From Schizochytrium sp. TIO01 (taxonomy: Eukaryota; Protista; Bigyra: Labyrinthulomycetes), in contig SMSO01000037.1 in the NCBI GenBank assembly GCA_004764695.1, positions 2,270,747 to 2,334,746 on the forward strand: DNA of 64,000 nt, read 5' to 3'. Below are positions 27,201 through 39,358 of this stretch, in pieces. The notes below the pieces were generated by a model. The model saw only the letters and a program-made list of their open reading frames with translations. It ran no database searches and was not told where the DNA came from. The translations under genes were made by a program, and so were the position numbers. Numbering within the stretch: the stretch's first letter is position 1; each line of letters opens with the position of its first letter.

Positions 27201-27951
27201 TTCCTCTTCGGTTTCCTTCAATCAAGCAAAGCAAGCAAGCAAGCAAGCCTTCCTCTGTTTCTTCAAGTTCTCATTCGATTGCCTGTGCTTGTGTGGGAAG
27301 GAAGCTCCTAGAGTTCATCTGCCTAGTTTTCAAGTCTTCCCATCGCCCTCGAAATTATTCTCACTCTGCACTTGCTTTCACCGTGAAAGTCTCGCCTGGG
27401 TAAACTAAGTGCGAGTGGTGAGTAAGAAATAGAATGGATAAAGGCACATAATTTTTTCTTCTCTAGAGATGGAATTGAAAGGAGGGAAAAGAGAAAGATA
27501 ATCTACAGTAGAGTATGTCGTAGGCTTAGAATAGAGGAGACTGCTGCTCGCTGTCCTTCTCGCAATTTAGATCTTTGACTTGTGCTGTGTTGTGTTTGTG
27601 ATTTCTAATCAGTTGTAGCTGAGTAAACGTCTTTGTGAAGTGCTATGCTCGAGTTTATGCTGGGCTAGCGAAGGGGCTTACCTCTTGCAAGCACGGGTGC
27701 CGCGGTGCATCTGCGTCTACCAAACGAGTGCCGGGCGTTTCGAGCTAAACTTCTCAGGAGCGAGCTAAAATGGGACCTCCTTCTTCTCATTTATACTTCC
27801 TGCTCTTGAAAATGGATCCAGTCGGGTGCAGCCTCTTCTCATGGCCGCAAAAGAACTTTTGCGTAACAAAGCTGAAGCCAGTAGTAGAGATTGGTACGGG
27901 AAGGTACATCGTGATCGTGAGGCAGACGACCGGCCGGTGAGTATGATGAGC

Positions 27952-28038
27952 AGCATAACATAGCACAGATCAAAGCAACTCAGTACAGCGCAGCACAGCA
28001 TAGCACAGCGCAGCACAGCATAGCACAGCACAGCACAG
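27952..28038 (+). repeat. Degenerate pentanucleotide microsatellite (GCACA/GCATA)n
   Basis: Directly visible. Confidence 0.7.
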
Positions 28039-31000
28039 GTTTTACTACGTTGTACAGTATTTACGAACAAAGATCAAGTTGCAATGGCGATCGCTAATTG
28101 TGCCTGTATCGGCAAACCCTTGGTACGCTGACTCAATGGTTGAGTGGATGGAGGGATTTTTCAATGTGGTGGCAATGTAGTGAGTGCATGCTTCCATCAA
28201 TCCCATTCACGATCCACTTACTCAATTGAGTGCCGCATCGAGTAGGCACATTTCCTTGTGTGGTTCTCTTTTTTTGTAGATCTCTCACGTCTCATATCGA
28301 TGATTGGAAATAGTGTACTCATTCTCGAGCGAGCTCGCTGATCTCTTCAATTATTCACGTGCTCGGAACACCTTTGATGATGAAGAAAGGAGCCAACCTG
28401 GCTGACAAAACAAGGCAAACATATGCAATGGGGAGACAGAATCACCTTACTTTGCGCAAAGACAGTCTTTTCACAGCAAAATGCATCTTATATTGTTGGG
28501 TTCACCCGTTATTACATTACCCTTTCGTCTCTTTTGCCTATATACTTGCTTACTAGGCCTGATTTTCATCCCTGCTTACGGAGGCTCTGCGCAGAAAATG
28601 GACGCACGTTGACCGACTAACTTAATTGCTGACCAATTTTCTGACTAACTAACCCCTTTTCTGATGAATTTACTCGTTGATATTTATGCTCTCACACATG
28701 GCAGCAAGCCGCCCTGATACAAGGGTATCTCGGTTTACAACACTACTTCGACTGACTGTCATCTCTAGCAGCCCACCACCCATCTTGTCCTGCGAGTCTC
28801 TCACCTCGCTCCGTGTTCCCTCTAAGACTGCAATCCTCCCACGAGGCACTCCTCCATCCTGCGAATTGTGTCGCGTGGAAGTGCCAGGAAGACAAACACA
28901 CGCACGAGACGTTCCTGCTCCTGCGGCGAAAATCCCACGCCTTCAGTTCAAAGCTCTGAACGGCACGCTCCCGCTTTCTGGAGTTCCCACGACCGCCCAG
29001 ACTAGGGAGTAGTGGGGACCGGGTGGCTAATAAGCAGTGGGGTGCCAAGCCAGAGCTAAGAAAGGAAAAGACCTTGCCTACGCACGGTCTGAGAAGTGGT
29101 TTGAGAGGCTCTCTTGCTCACCTGCTTTTTTCGACTCTTCTAATATACCTTCTTCCCAATTGGCTGCTCTTCTACTTTTCTGGGTGTCAGGTCCCGTGCA
29201 ACGGCCCTTGTTGGTCCACTTGCCTGATATTTACACTCCGTCTCGTGGCTCTCGTTCGCTGCTTCCAGCAACCTTTTCCTCTTGATCCATTTGCTTTATT
29301 CATTGGTTTGTGCGCACAACGGACCTCGTCCAAGTGAAAAGAAAAAAAAAAGGAACAATAGGAACAAAAATAATACTGATAGGACTTCCTAGGCATCTAA
29401 TAGCGCACCCCGGTTCGCCTTTCTTCTTCTCTTTGCTCTGCTTCAGGGTAAGTATCTGATTTCTTTTGTTTGCAGGTTGAATTGATTGTCCGTCGCTGAC
29501 CTCTTTTAGCTGCTTGTTAGCTGCTGAGCGTATCGTGCAGAAGAAGGGGAATAGTAGGAAAAGTGCCTTGAAGCAGGGCAGGGCCTGCATCGGCATCTTC
29601 TCATCGGGCAGTCTTTCTCTCATCGCCGATTGATTCGTCGATCGAATCCTCTTTTGCCTCAGCAGAGTGGTCTCTTCCAACCGTCTGGTGCTGCTTGACT
29701 ATTCTCACCGCTTTCGTCGGCACGCACTCGCCACTCAGCCAGTAGTACGTATACTCTGCCCACTCCACTTTTCAGCCGGAGACAAGTATACAATCCGGAG
29801 GCCAGGCAATCAAGAGTCCACCAAGGAAGCAAGCAAGCAAGCAGTCTAGGCAAGAACAAGCTCAAGCAAAAGCTTTGAAGAGAATCCAAGCAAGTCCTCT
29901 TTTCCCCTCTTTTTTTTCAATTAATTGGAAAAGGGAGGTGAGAAGAAGAGGAAGGAAAGCGAGCCTTCCTTGGGTTCCTATTTGCTTACTTACTTTTCTC
30001 TCTATTGTTTGTGCAGAGTGAGCTAGTACCTGAGGAGAAACAAAGGTCCAGTCCCTTTCTTTTTTCCTCTTCTTTCTTTCTTACTTGTGGATTGTTTTCC
30101 CTCTGTCTCTCTCTGGAAGTCTTCCCTCCAAAAGAGGTGCGTGCAGAAGCAAGCGAGGGCTCGCGAGAAGTTGCGGGCAGCAGACGCGAATTGGTCCTTG
30201 CGCAGCAAGCTAACTTTCCCGCCGGTTGTCAGTCAGTCAACAGCCGTCAGCAGTCCGGAAGCCCTTCTCCACGAAGCCTTCAAAGTCCCAAGCTTGCAGC
30301 GCGGCTCTCCAACCCTTTACTTCGATCTTTATTCATCCCTGGTGCTTCCCGTACTCACCACGCAAGCGAGCGAGGTTGAGCGAGACGAGAGCACGTAGAC
30401 AAATAGACAGACAGGCAGGCAGGCAGATAAACAAACACAGAGACAGACAGACAAGCTCCTAAGGCACGTGAGCCGGAGCTGCTGCACTGTCCTGAACGCC
30501 TCGCCTCTCCCAGTCAATCAGTCAATTGAACAAGAAATATCAATCAATAGAGACAAACAAAGGGAGCATCGAAGCTACATATCCATAAAGGTAACAGCAC
30601 ACCTCGAGCAGGACCATTCGCATTCTCACTCCGCACTCCACGCAGCCAGCCTCCAGCCTCTGCCGCAGGTCCTAGCACCTCGAGGTTTTTTGAAGCTTTG
30701 GTGTTGTTCTGACATCAATTCATCCTGAGCTTGGCTGTTTCAGGAGTGCGCCTTAGCTTGTCATCGCTCTGCAACTCCCATCTTGGCACGGAGCCAAAAA
30801 GGGTTGCGGAGTACGGGAGACGAGCTAAGTCCGCTTAGACGTTGAGCGAGCAGGAGGGCAAGCGAGCCCCCGGTTTCGATCGACAACTAGGCACCGGCAG
30901 CAGGATCCTCTTGGGTGAAGGATTTGCGAGAGCCCCTACCGCAACACCAGCACAAGGTTTGGATTACCTTGACAACTGGCAGCGAGCAGCGCACAGCACG

Positions 31001-32898
31001 TGAGCAAGCGCGGCACGCACGGAGCGGAGGACTCTTGACCTGCACGCCATCAATTTGAAGGGAAAGAAAGCCATCAACACCTCATCTGTTGATCTCCTTC
31101 TTTTCTCTTTCTCTACTTTGCACAGCTGCCCCAGCTCGTGCAAAGAGAGGTGACGCCAAACCGCAGCAAAACCAGTCAATCAACAAATAATTGGAATTGA
31201 CAACAAGTGGGAAGGCACACATACAGACCACGCGAGGTCTGTAGTTTGTTTAATTCCCGTATACTTGGCTTGGCGCTCCTCGTTGTGCTTTGGCTTCTCC
31301 AGATCTGTACCAAGTTCTGTGTAATTCCGCAGTTCTTGGGAGGTAGGACACACCCTGCTAGCAGCAGTAGTACTAGCTCCTACGAGACACCGTCGCACAC
31401 CTTCCCCTCCCCTCAGTGGTACGAGTGGTGTATTATTTTTATCTATCTATCCAGAGCCTCCTCTCTCTTGCCAAGTGAAGGAAAGAGAGGGTCCCACGGT
31501 TCCTGGGCAACTGGCCTGCACAACGCATTTTCCCTAACTACCGACACGAAGCTTCAGAACGCCTGTAAGCTTGTAAGAAAGCAAGCAAAGCAAAGCTAAA
31601 GTAGAAGCAGTCGCACCAGTAGTGAACCTGAAAGACAGTTTGATCCGGCCATTCCCTCATTCATTCCTTCCCGTCTATTCATCCATTCGTTCATTCAGCC
31701 CAATCAGTATCAGGCAGTCAGTCAGTCAGTCAGTCAGTCAGTCAGCCTAAGGGAGAGTCCGAGTCCGAGAGTCGAGTCAGGGACACAGAGAGCGCTGAGA
31801 GAGGCGGCGTGTTTATCTTTCGGTAAGTCAGACAGACGGCCCTCTGCGGCTCCCCAGCTACCGCTTACTCTACCGCGGACGGCACTCCTCTCGCATCTTC
31901 CTCCCCGCCCCTCCATCCACCACTGCCTCTGCGAAGAACAGAAGGCAGCAGAGGGAGCGAAAGAAGGAAAGAAAGAAAGATAGAAAGGAAGGAAGTAAGG
32001 AAGTAAGGAAGGAAGAAGGTGCGTCTATCAAGTCTATTCAAAGTGGAAGGGCGCCTCTCTATCTTTCTTCGAGTACGGAGCGTGCGTGGAGAAGCAAGCG
32101 AGTAAGTGAGCTTTGGTGTGCTTGCGCCAGAGCTTTGTTTTGGCTTTCAGGCTTTCGAGTGCGAGAGCTTTCGAGAGTTGCAGCGAAGGACCGGTGCGCG
32201 GGACTTCTCCTTTCTGGTCCTTGAGTCCCGTGCTGTGGCTTGGACTCGTTGCTGTCCGAGCGGAAATAGTAAGAAGGAGTAGGGAGGTAATAAATAGGTG
32301 CCCTACTTCCTTTCTTCCTCTTCTTACGGAAGGAGAGGAGAAAAAGTGGGATAGATAGGTTTAGCTTCTTTCTTTCCACCCGGGGCTGTTCGCTTCGAGG
32401 TGTTCGCGGCTTTTCGCGAGGATTTTCGTCTGGCCGCTCGTCTTGCGCCCTCTGTCCCTGCTCTCCCCTGTGGAGGGTAGAGACAAAGGAGTGCGAGCTT
32501 CGCCCACAGGAAAGATTGGTAAGAAGCTGCGCAGAGGGAGTTTCTCTTTTGCCCCGCAGCCCTCACTGCTCCACTGCAGCACGAAGACAGGCCGCCCTAC
32601 CCGTTTCCGCTACCCGCCCCTAGGCGGCGGCCCACAGCGGACGCCCCTTCCGCGCCTCCGCCGCCTCTTTCTCCGCCTTCTTACTGAGACGGTGCGCACG
32701 CCGCCCAAGAGGCGCTTAATAGGAGCAGCGCTTGGCTCCCGCCCCCCTTCCGCGGCGGCGGTCGCGGCGCTCTTGCGCCCCATTGCGAGCGCGCGGCGGC
32801 CTACACGCGCGCACAAGCGCCCCCTTGACCTCCCCGATCGCGATAACGAAGGTTCCTCTCGGAAAGACAGAGTGCCTAGCCCGTTCCGGCCACTAGAG

Positions 32899-34746
32899 AT
32901 GGCCGACAGTAAGGACCAGCATGCCCAAGCTCGCTTGATGCTCTCCAGCTGGGGCTTGCAGCAGAACCCGAACCGGCAGAGTCCTCAGACTTCTCAAACC
33001 TCGCAAACTACACAGACGGCACAGACGGCAGAGGCTGGTTTAACCTCAAGTGGAGCTGCAGCTGCAGCTACGCTCCCCTCACCTTGGGCGGAGTCACACC
33101 AGCAACTGGCGGCACTGCACGAGCAACAGCAGCGTGGATTTCCGCAGACCTGGCCCTCGACTGCTTCCTCGCAGGCAGCCATCCCTGCATCGGCAGCCTC
33201 GCCCACACTACAAGCGCAGGCTCAGCCTCTGTGGCCTTGGTCTGCAGGTGTCGCAGCACACGAGGGCTGGCTTGCGGCTGCCGTGGCAGCTGCAGCGAAG
33301 TCAAAGTCCTCGTCGCCTTCGTCGTCAGCAACTGGCCTTGCACCGGCATCGGCATCCTCAACATCTCTGTCAAGTTCGTCTTCTTCGTCGTCGACGTCCT
33401 CCTCCACTCCTACGTTGAGATCTATTCAAGCCTCTACGCAAGGTTTCACCATGCCGCCGGTGGGTCCTGGTGCAAATGCCACCCCTACATTTCCTGCAAT
33501 GCTTTTTCAACCAGGACGCCGATCTTCATCGACCTCGTCTCTGCAGCGGCAGCAGCATCCGCATCGAGCGTCACCGGAGCTTGTAAACAGCGCGCAAATG
33601 GCGGCCGCCATGCACGCTCTGATGCCCCAGCACATGCCGCATCATCAACCGCAGCGAGAGGAGACAGCGCTCTTTCGGGAGGTCACAACGCACAGCGGCC
33701 TCTTTCGTGGAAACAGCGACGGTAGTGCAGGCCAAAAGGGCAAGAACAAGAGCGAGGAGGAAGAACAAGATGAACGCGTTGAGGATGAAAGAAGCAAGAA
33801 CAAGGACAAGGATGCTGGAAGTGTCAAGAACAATGACAAGAATACCAACAGAGGCAGCCAGTCGGGACCAGCGGGATTTTCGAGCGTACGAACAGGCGCG
33901 ACTCCACCGTACCTGGACATGAATGCTGTGATGGCCGCGCACCAGCAACAGCTTCTTTTGCAACAAATGCACCAACAACACCAGCTTCAGCAAATCCAGC
34001 AGCAGCATCTCCAGCAAATCCAGCAAATGCACCAGCAGCAGCAAATCCAGCAACAAAACCAACTCAGTCCCACCGACTCAATGGGTCCTGCCACACATGG
34101 ATCGCCGACGTCACGACGCGAGGAGGACGAACAAGATCCAGACGACCTGTTGTCAAAGGTTGATCGTGCCTGGTTCATGAATGCCGAACCAGAAATCAGC
34201 GACATGGCAGACTCGCTGGGACAAGATGACATCAACGGAATTTTGCCGCTTAAGGATGCGGCATGGTTCTTGGAGAGTCTCGAGAACTACCAAATGGCCA
34301 AGGTATCCAACTCAGATCGCAACGCCATCAATGAGTCGACGCTGCGCTCCCGCGTCAAACATCGCGCTGCCATCCTCTTCCACGAGGATCTGGACTTCAT
34401 CGTGCACTACCACAAACGGTTCCAGCTGGACCAGAATGACCCTTTCTGCGACAGAGACCCGCAGCGCTGGATCATTCACGAGTTGTCCAAGATACTTGTG
34501 GAAAATTACCAAGGATCTATACGCGCCAAGGCAGACCGCTCCTGTATCTGGTCCGCGCTGATGGCCCGCGCACTCTTTCACCTCGAAAGATCCGGATTTA
34601 CCCAAGTCCACATTGCTAACAACCATCATGCCAACAACGAGGCCACTCTCTTCGTCGGGGACTACCATATCTCTAGGTCTAACTTGACCAAGCTGCTCAA
34701 GCGCCATGCCGGCGCCCCAGACGCGCCGGATTCCATGGAACCCTAA
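32899..34746 (+). CDS. Hypothetical protein (~615 aa from the first ATG, MADSKDQ...), Q/S/A-rich disordered N-terminus and ~190-aa globular C-terminal domain
   Basis: Stop-free frame 32443-34746 with the first ATG at 32899. It contains poly-Q/H and poly-S tracts and an ordered helical-looking C-terminus (WFLESLENY...WIIHELSKILVENY...IWSALMARALFHL). No family recognised. Confidence 0.8.
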   Translation: MADSKDQHAQARLMLSSWGLQQNPNRQSPQTSQTSQTTQTAQTAEAGLTSSGAAAAATLPSPWAESHQQLAALHEQQQRGFPQTWPSTASSQAAIPASAASPTLQAQAQPLWPWSAGVAAHEGWLAAAVAAAAKSKSSSPSSSATGLAPASASSTSLSSSSSSSSTSSSTPTLRSIQASTQGFTMPPVGPGANATPTFPAMLFQPGRRSSSTSSLQRQQHPHRASPELVNSAQMAAAMHALMPQHMPHHQPQREETALFREVTTHSGLFRGNSDGSAGQKGKNKSEEEEQDERVEDERSKNKDKDAGSVKNNDKNTNRGSQSGPAGFSSVRTGATPPYLDMNAVMAAHQQQLLLQQMHQQHQLQQIQQQHLQQIQQMHQQQQIQQQNQLSPTDSMGPATHGSPTSRREEDEQDPDDLLSKVDRAWFMNAEPEISDMADSLGQDDINGILPLKDAAWFLESLENYQMAKVSNSDRNAINESTLRSRVKHRAAILFHEDLDFIVHYHKRFQLDQNDPFCDRDPQRWIIHELSKILVENYQGSIRAKADRSCIWSALMARALFHLERSGFTQVHIANNHHANNEATLFVGDYHISRSNLTKLLKRHAGAPDAPDSMEP

Positions 34747-37700
34747 CCCTACCCTTGTGGAAGTGGCGGAAGGACGTCTCGCGGCTAGTTGTGTGAGGCC
34801 ACGGCCATCCAGGCTGCGGGGACCAGCAAGCTGGCGCCCTCGCAGCAAGGGTGAAAAGTACTATGAAATACTTTCCCTCCTTTTGGAGGGAAATAGCTAT
34901 TTCATTAGCTATAGAACAGATACTACAAAAAAATCGAAGCCAATAAGGCCTTGAAAGTGTACCCATGTTAGAGTCGCTTACAGGGCGAACCAAGGCGGCA
35001 GACTGCCTGCCGTGGGCCAAGGGAGGTCCGCGACAGAACAGAACAGAACAAACCTCTCCCGAATCTCCGTAACAATTCGTCGCTGTCCTACCAGATCTTC
35101 TAGTTAAATGCCTAGGTACTAGTTATCTGCTGCTCATCAAAATATATAGGGTGGTACTAAAAGTAGCTCGATAGTCAAGTTGATCGATAGAGAGATAGAT
35201 AGGCAGAGTCGGAATTCCGGACTAGTAGAGCTATATTGGTATGAAATGAAAAGGGATAAACCAGAAGCAAGCAAGTACCACATACATAAACAACAGGATA
35301 AGTTGTGTGAGCAAGATACTTTGCAGATACTGAAAAGCACAAAAGACTGAATCAGACAAGGGAGTCGATCAGTTGCTTAATAAATCATGCTGTCCTTTGG
35401 ATGTATGTATATGTATGTGAACATTTGACATTGCCCTTCTTTGTTTAATTTGTCCCTCTTGAAATTGACAATTAACAACAAACATACCTGAGCATCGAAT
35501 TCATTCTGTAGAGCTATGTTCTACACTAGTTCTATAATCGATTGGTTGAGTGCGCAATGCCCAAACCCAACCTTGGTAGACTGCCTACGTGGAGGAGCAG
35601 CCAATCAACATTAACATTTGACTTTCTCTGTAGAAATTCGACGTGTGTTTTCATTAGTTGCAACGTAATTTTTGATGCTGCTAGTGAGAGATGCATCCTC
35701 TTTGCGATTCATCTTTCTGTTGGTGCTCTTTGGAAGCCTGCTGCTGTTGATGGCAACAACAACATTTACTATAATTAACGAGAGATGGCTCCTTAAGGAA
35801 CTCCGCCACTGGAGCACAATGGCGACCGATACAAAAGGAGAAAAAGAAGAACGTCTTCGCATGGTTCGATCTCCTCAAGTTTGTCTTTCTGTGGCTATAA
35901 TGATTATTGTTGTCGTTCTCTGTGTGGGGTGGTCAACACCCTCTGGAATATATTTGTCACCAGCACTAATCTCACGGCTGTGAGCTGAGCTGTTCTCTGC
36001 TCTGCGGTGTTGTCTCAGATCATCCAAGCCTGAAACAACAGCTGCTTACGTATGTTCTCCTCCTTTCCGCGAGCTTAGCGTTCCTTGAAGACGTATCTTT
36101 CTGATGAGGAATGGACTTATTAGATGCGGAGTTCTCTGGCAAATTTGTGGGCAACATGGAAGTCCTTCTCGTTGAAGGGATAATCTTTCGATCGGTGGTT
36201 TCTTTATCAAGAGGATCCACTTCTTTTGAAACTCAATTGGCCACATTAGGGTCTTCTGTCTGCTGATTCACTTTGATAGGTAGCTTTGGAAGTTGAGTGG
36301 CGGGGGGGGGAGAATAGCAGGCAGGGAAAAGGGAACCGGACAGTGGAAACCAAAAGACCATACGTGAGACACTAAAGCTTCATTGTCTTGAACAAAATGC
36401 CTTTTCATTATCGTGCACTCTTATCAATCAAAAACGCCCTTCATTGACCTTACTATGGGCGCAAGAAGAATAAATACAAAGGAGGAATTACAGCAGCATC
36501 GTGCCTACAGAACGCGGGAGTTTCTAAGGCGAATGAAGTGCAATCCTACACGCGAGAGTTCGTAGGAGCGCGACATGTACACAAACACAAATTTAGGAGT
36601 GTACCTAACCAAGAATGTTGGATTCACGGACTTTCCTATTCTATGTTTGCGGTAATGTCTCTTTTTTTGTATCTTCGTACTCGGCTCTTACAGTAACCCT
36701 CTCTTACACCAACACAGTAGGTAGTGTAAATAGAGGAGGTCTTTGAGAATGTGAATATGTCTGTGACAACATTCTAGTTTACTGTATGGCTGAAATCTCA
36801 GGATCGATTTAAAGGTGACCGGGCATTGCAATGGCTTGTAACTATTCACAGTGTCTATTAAGGCTCGGAATCCAGAGAAATTAGCGAGACCAAATTTGGC
36901 CTTTCTTCCTCCATTTACATGCTCTTTGCGCAGCATCGGCACAATGAGTATCCACACGAAGAGTGCCAAAATAACGAAGGGCATAGCCTTGAGAAGCATG
37001 CGTGCAAGGGAGCACCAGTCTCATAGTTAAGCTTGACGGCTAGCTTATGCTTTCGTTAGTTATCATGCATTTATTTCTCCAAAATACCTGCTGTTCAAGG
37101 ATTGCTTGTGAATCAAAGAAATGCCCCGATCTGGAGATCTCTTCTTCTCCGAGGCATAGTCACTGCTAGATTTTGTTTTAGGTTGTTCTCTCCCTTTTTC
37201 TTTGTCTCTCTCTTTATTTGTTTTTGTATTCTTATTCTTATCATGGGAGATTTTAAAAAAAGAATCAAATGAACTATTTGCACGCACAATGAATTTGTCG
37301 AATCACGGGAGAGAAGACGATTCATACAGTGCATCTTCTCCAGTCAGTTCTATTTGTTACTACAACATAAGTAAGACTTTAAATTGTTTGAAGCAAGCGC
37401 TAAAAACAAGCCAATACATTCGTGTCTCCATCTGAAGCATCACTCAACAGTCGCAACAAGCACCATAGCATAGCCACCGATCTACTAAACGACTTTAATC
37501 GTATATTGACCATGATATAAAGTACTAACACCATCACTTGATTGTCGAAATTGTAAATCTAGGGATTTTAAAAGCGATAAGTCAGTTTCCATTTTTAGGT
37601 TTTCACCTCCACCTGTTTTGCCTGGTCATTATCTATAGCCTTGGGTTTCGTTTTGTTTTAGCAACATAGATGCAGAGATCCCCGATTAAAGGACTATGTG

Positions 37701-38260
37701 GGCTAAACATGTCAGAGTCTCTGGCGCATTATTGCAGATCCTTAATAATTAAGATAAAAAACTATAAACGATTTATTTATATATGTATAAAAGAATGAAT
37801 ATGGATGACATGAATTAGTGGTTGAGGAACTGAGTTAACTTAATCTCCTCAATTGTGTGTTACTCTGATCAAGTCTGCCTTAATTATCTAATTATACCAT
37901 GAAGCAGTCCAACCTATAATTTCTTTCCCAGGGAATCCAAATGTTCATCTTAAAAAATACTTCATCTAAACAGTCAACTCACTGACTTACCAGAACGTGT
38001 GGAGGCGTCCAAATAATGAAACCAACTTGATTGAAGGAGACTTCCAGCAATATGCATGTGTAAAAATCCTGATATTCACCGAATCCCCGGAAATATGAGA
38101 GAAAGCAGCAAGTAAAAACATAATTTTAAAGGGAAAGGGATTATCTAGCGCTTATATGCGCAAGCTCATGGAACAGACTTTTTGTGGTATTGAGATTATA
38201 TCCATGTGGTATTTTATCAACCGAGCCAGATATATATTGGTCCTCAAACAGTAGTATGCT

Positions 38261-39358
38261 TTATTCCACTACGTTGATGATGACTTTTCCCTGGTTTCCG
38301 TGTTTACGTACACGCTGAATCGCTGCACAGACGGCATCAACGTCATTCATGGAGATTGCTTCTTGAATACGCGGATGAAATACATTTTCATGCGCAAGTG
38401 CTCGCCATGTCGTCAAAGCTCCAGGCATATGACTACCTACATCACTCAGATTGTATTCGTAATGGCGAGATAAACGTGGTACAAATTTGAGACCTACTTT
38501 ACAAGCCCACATGAAAAACTCCCACATGGAAGATTTCTTGTCTCCTAGGAATTGAACGGGTCCAACCATTGTGACAAACTTGCCGCCGCGACGTAATGCG
38601 TGGCCCGCCTGAGTCTCGGACTGATCGCCACCAACGAGATCAATCACAACATCAACTTTTCCACGCACGCGGGGATCCATGCCCCATTCAGGCACCTGGT
38701 CATATGCAACGACCTCAGAGGCACCAGCAGTAGTGGCAAGCGATGCGCTACGAGAGCTACAAACCCCAAAGACGTCTGCGCAGTTTGGCCAAAGGTGCCG
38801 AACACCCTGCAAGGCAAGCGTTCCGATACTACCCGATGCCCCACAAACAAGGATGCGTGGACGCTCAGCACGCTCCATTACAGGCCGGGATACGTCTAAC
38901 GCTGCGCATGCAACAAGACCAGAGAAGAAACTTGCCAAGGCTTCTTGCGCTGTTTGCTCTTCTGGCTTATGCATCAAACAAAAATCCGCCGGGATTATAG
39001 CATATTCGGCCCACGTTCCTTGGAGACGATCCATTGGTTTTTGAAACCCCAAGACAGCATCTCCAACCTTAAATTGTGCCGGGACGTCGGATCCGCGATC
39101 CTCAATGATGCCGCAACACTCAAGACCAGGAATTAGAGGGCTTTCTACAGAGATTCGTCGGGGCTGGCTGCTGATAATTCCAAGGAACGAGCCTTCCGCA
39201 GCATGAATTTCGTCAATGCCAATCCCAACACACTGCACCTTAATAAGCACCTCGTTCCTTGCCATGCGTGGTTTTGGCAGGTTTGTCAGCAGAGACAGTT
39301 TCGAGGTCAGCTCGCCCACGCAGACTGGCCCGGCCTGTATTCCGAGTCCTCGCATCAT
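38261..39358 (-). CDS. Medium-chain dehydrogenase/reductase (MDR), quinone oxidoreductase / RTN4IP1-like, 365 aa
   Basis: EVLIKV...IPGLECCGII...FKVGDAV...GTWAEY (GroES-like domain), a Rossmann GASGSIG motif, DVVIDLVGG and C-terminal GKVII. It has GLE instead of the zinc-binding GHE. Confidence 0.9.
   Translation of the reverse strand: MMRGLGIQAGPVCVGELTSKLSLLTNLPKPRMARNEVLIKVQCVGIGIDEIHAAEGSFLGIISSQPRRISVESPLIPGLECCGIIEDRGSDVPAQFKVGDAVLGFQKPMDRLQGTWAEYAIIPADFCLMHKPEEQTAQEALASFFSGLVACAALDVSRPVMERAERPRILVCGASGSIGTLALQGVRHLWPNCADVFGVCSSRSASLATTAGASEVVAYDQVPEWGMDPRVRGKVDVVIDLVGGDQSETQAGHALRRGGKFVTMVGPVQFLGDKKSSMWEFFMWACKVGLKFVPRLSRHYEYNLSDVGSHMPGALTTWRALAHENVFHPRIQEAISMNDVDAVCAAIQRVRKHGNQGKVIINVVE

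Noticed and set aside
35672-35983. 103-aa ORF with two hydrophobic segments
   Set aside because: Short, no recognisable family and no supporting gene structure. It cannot be supported without expression data.
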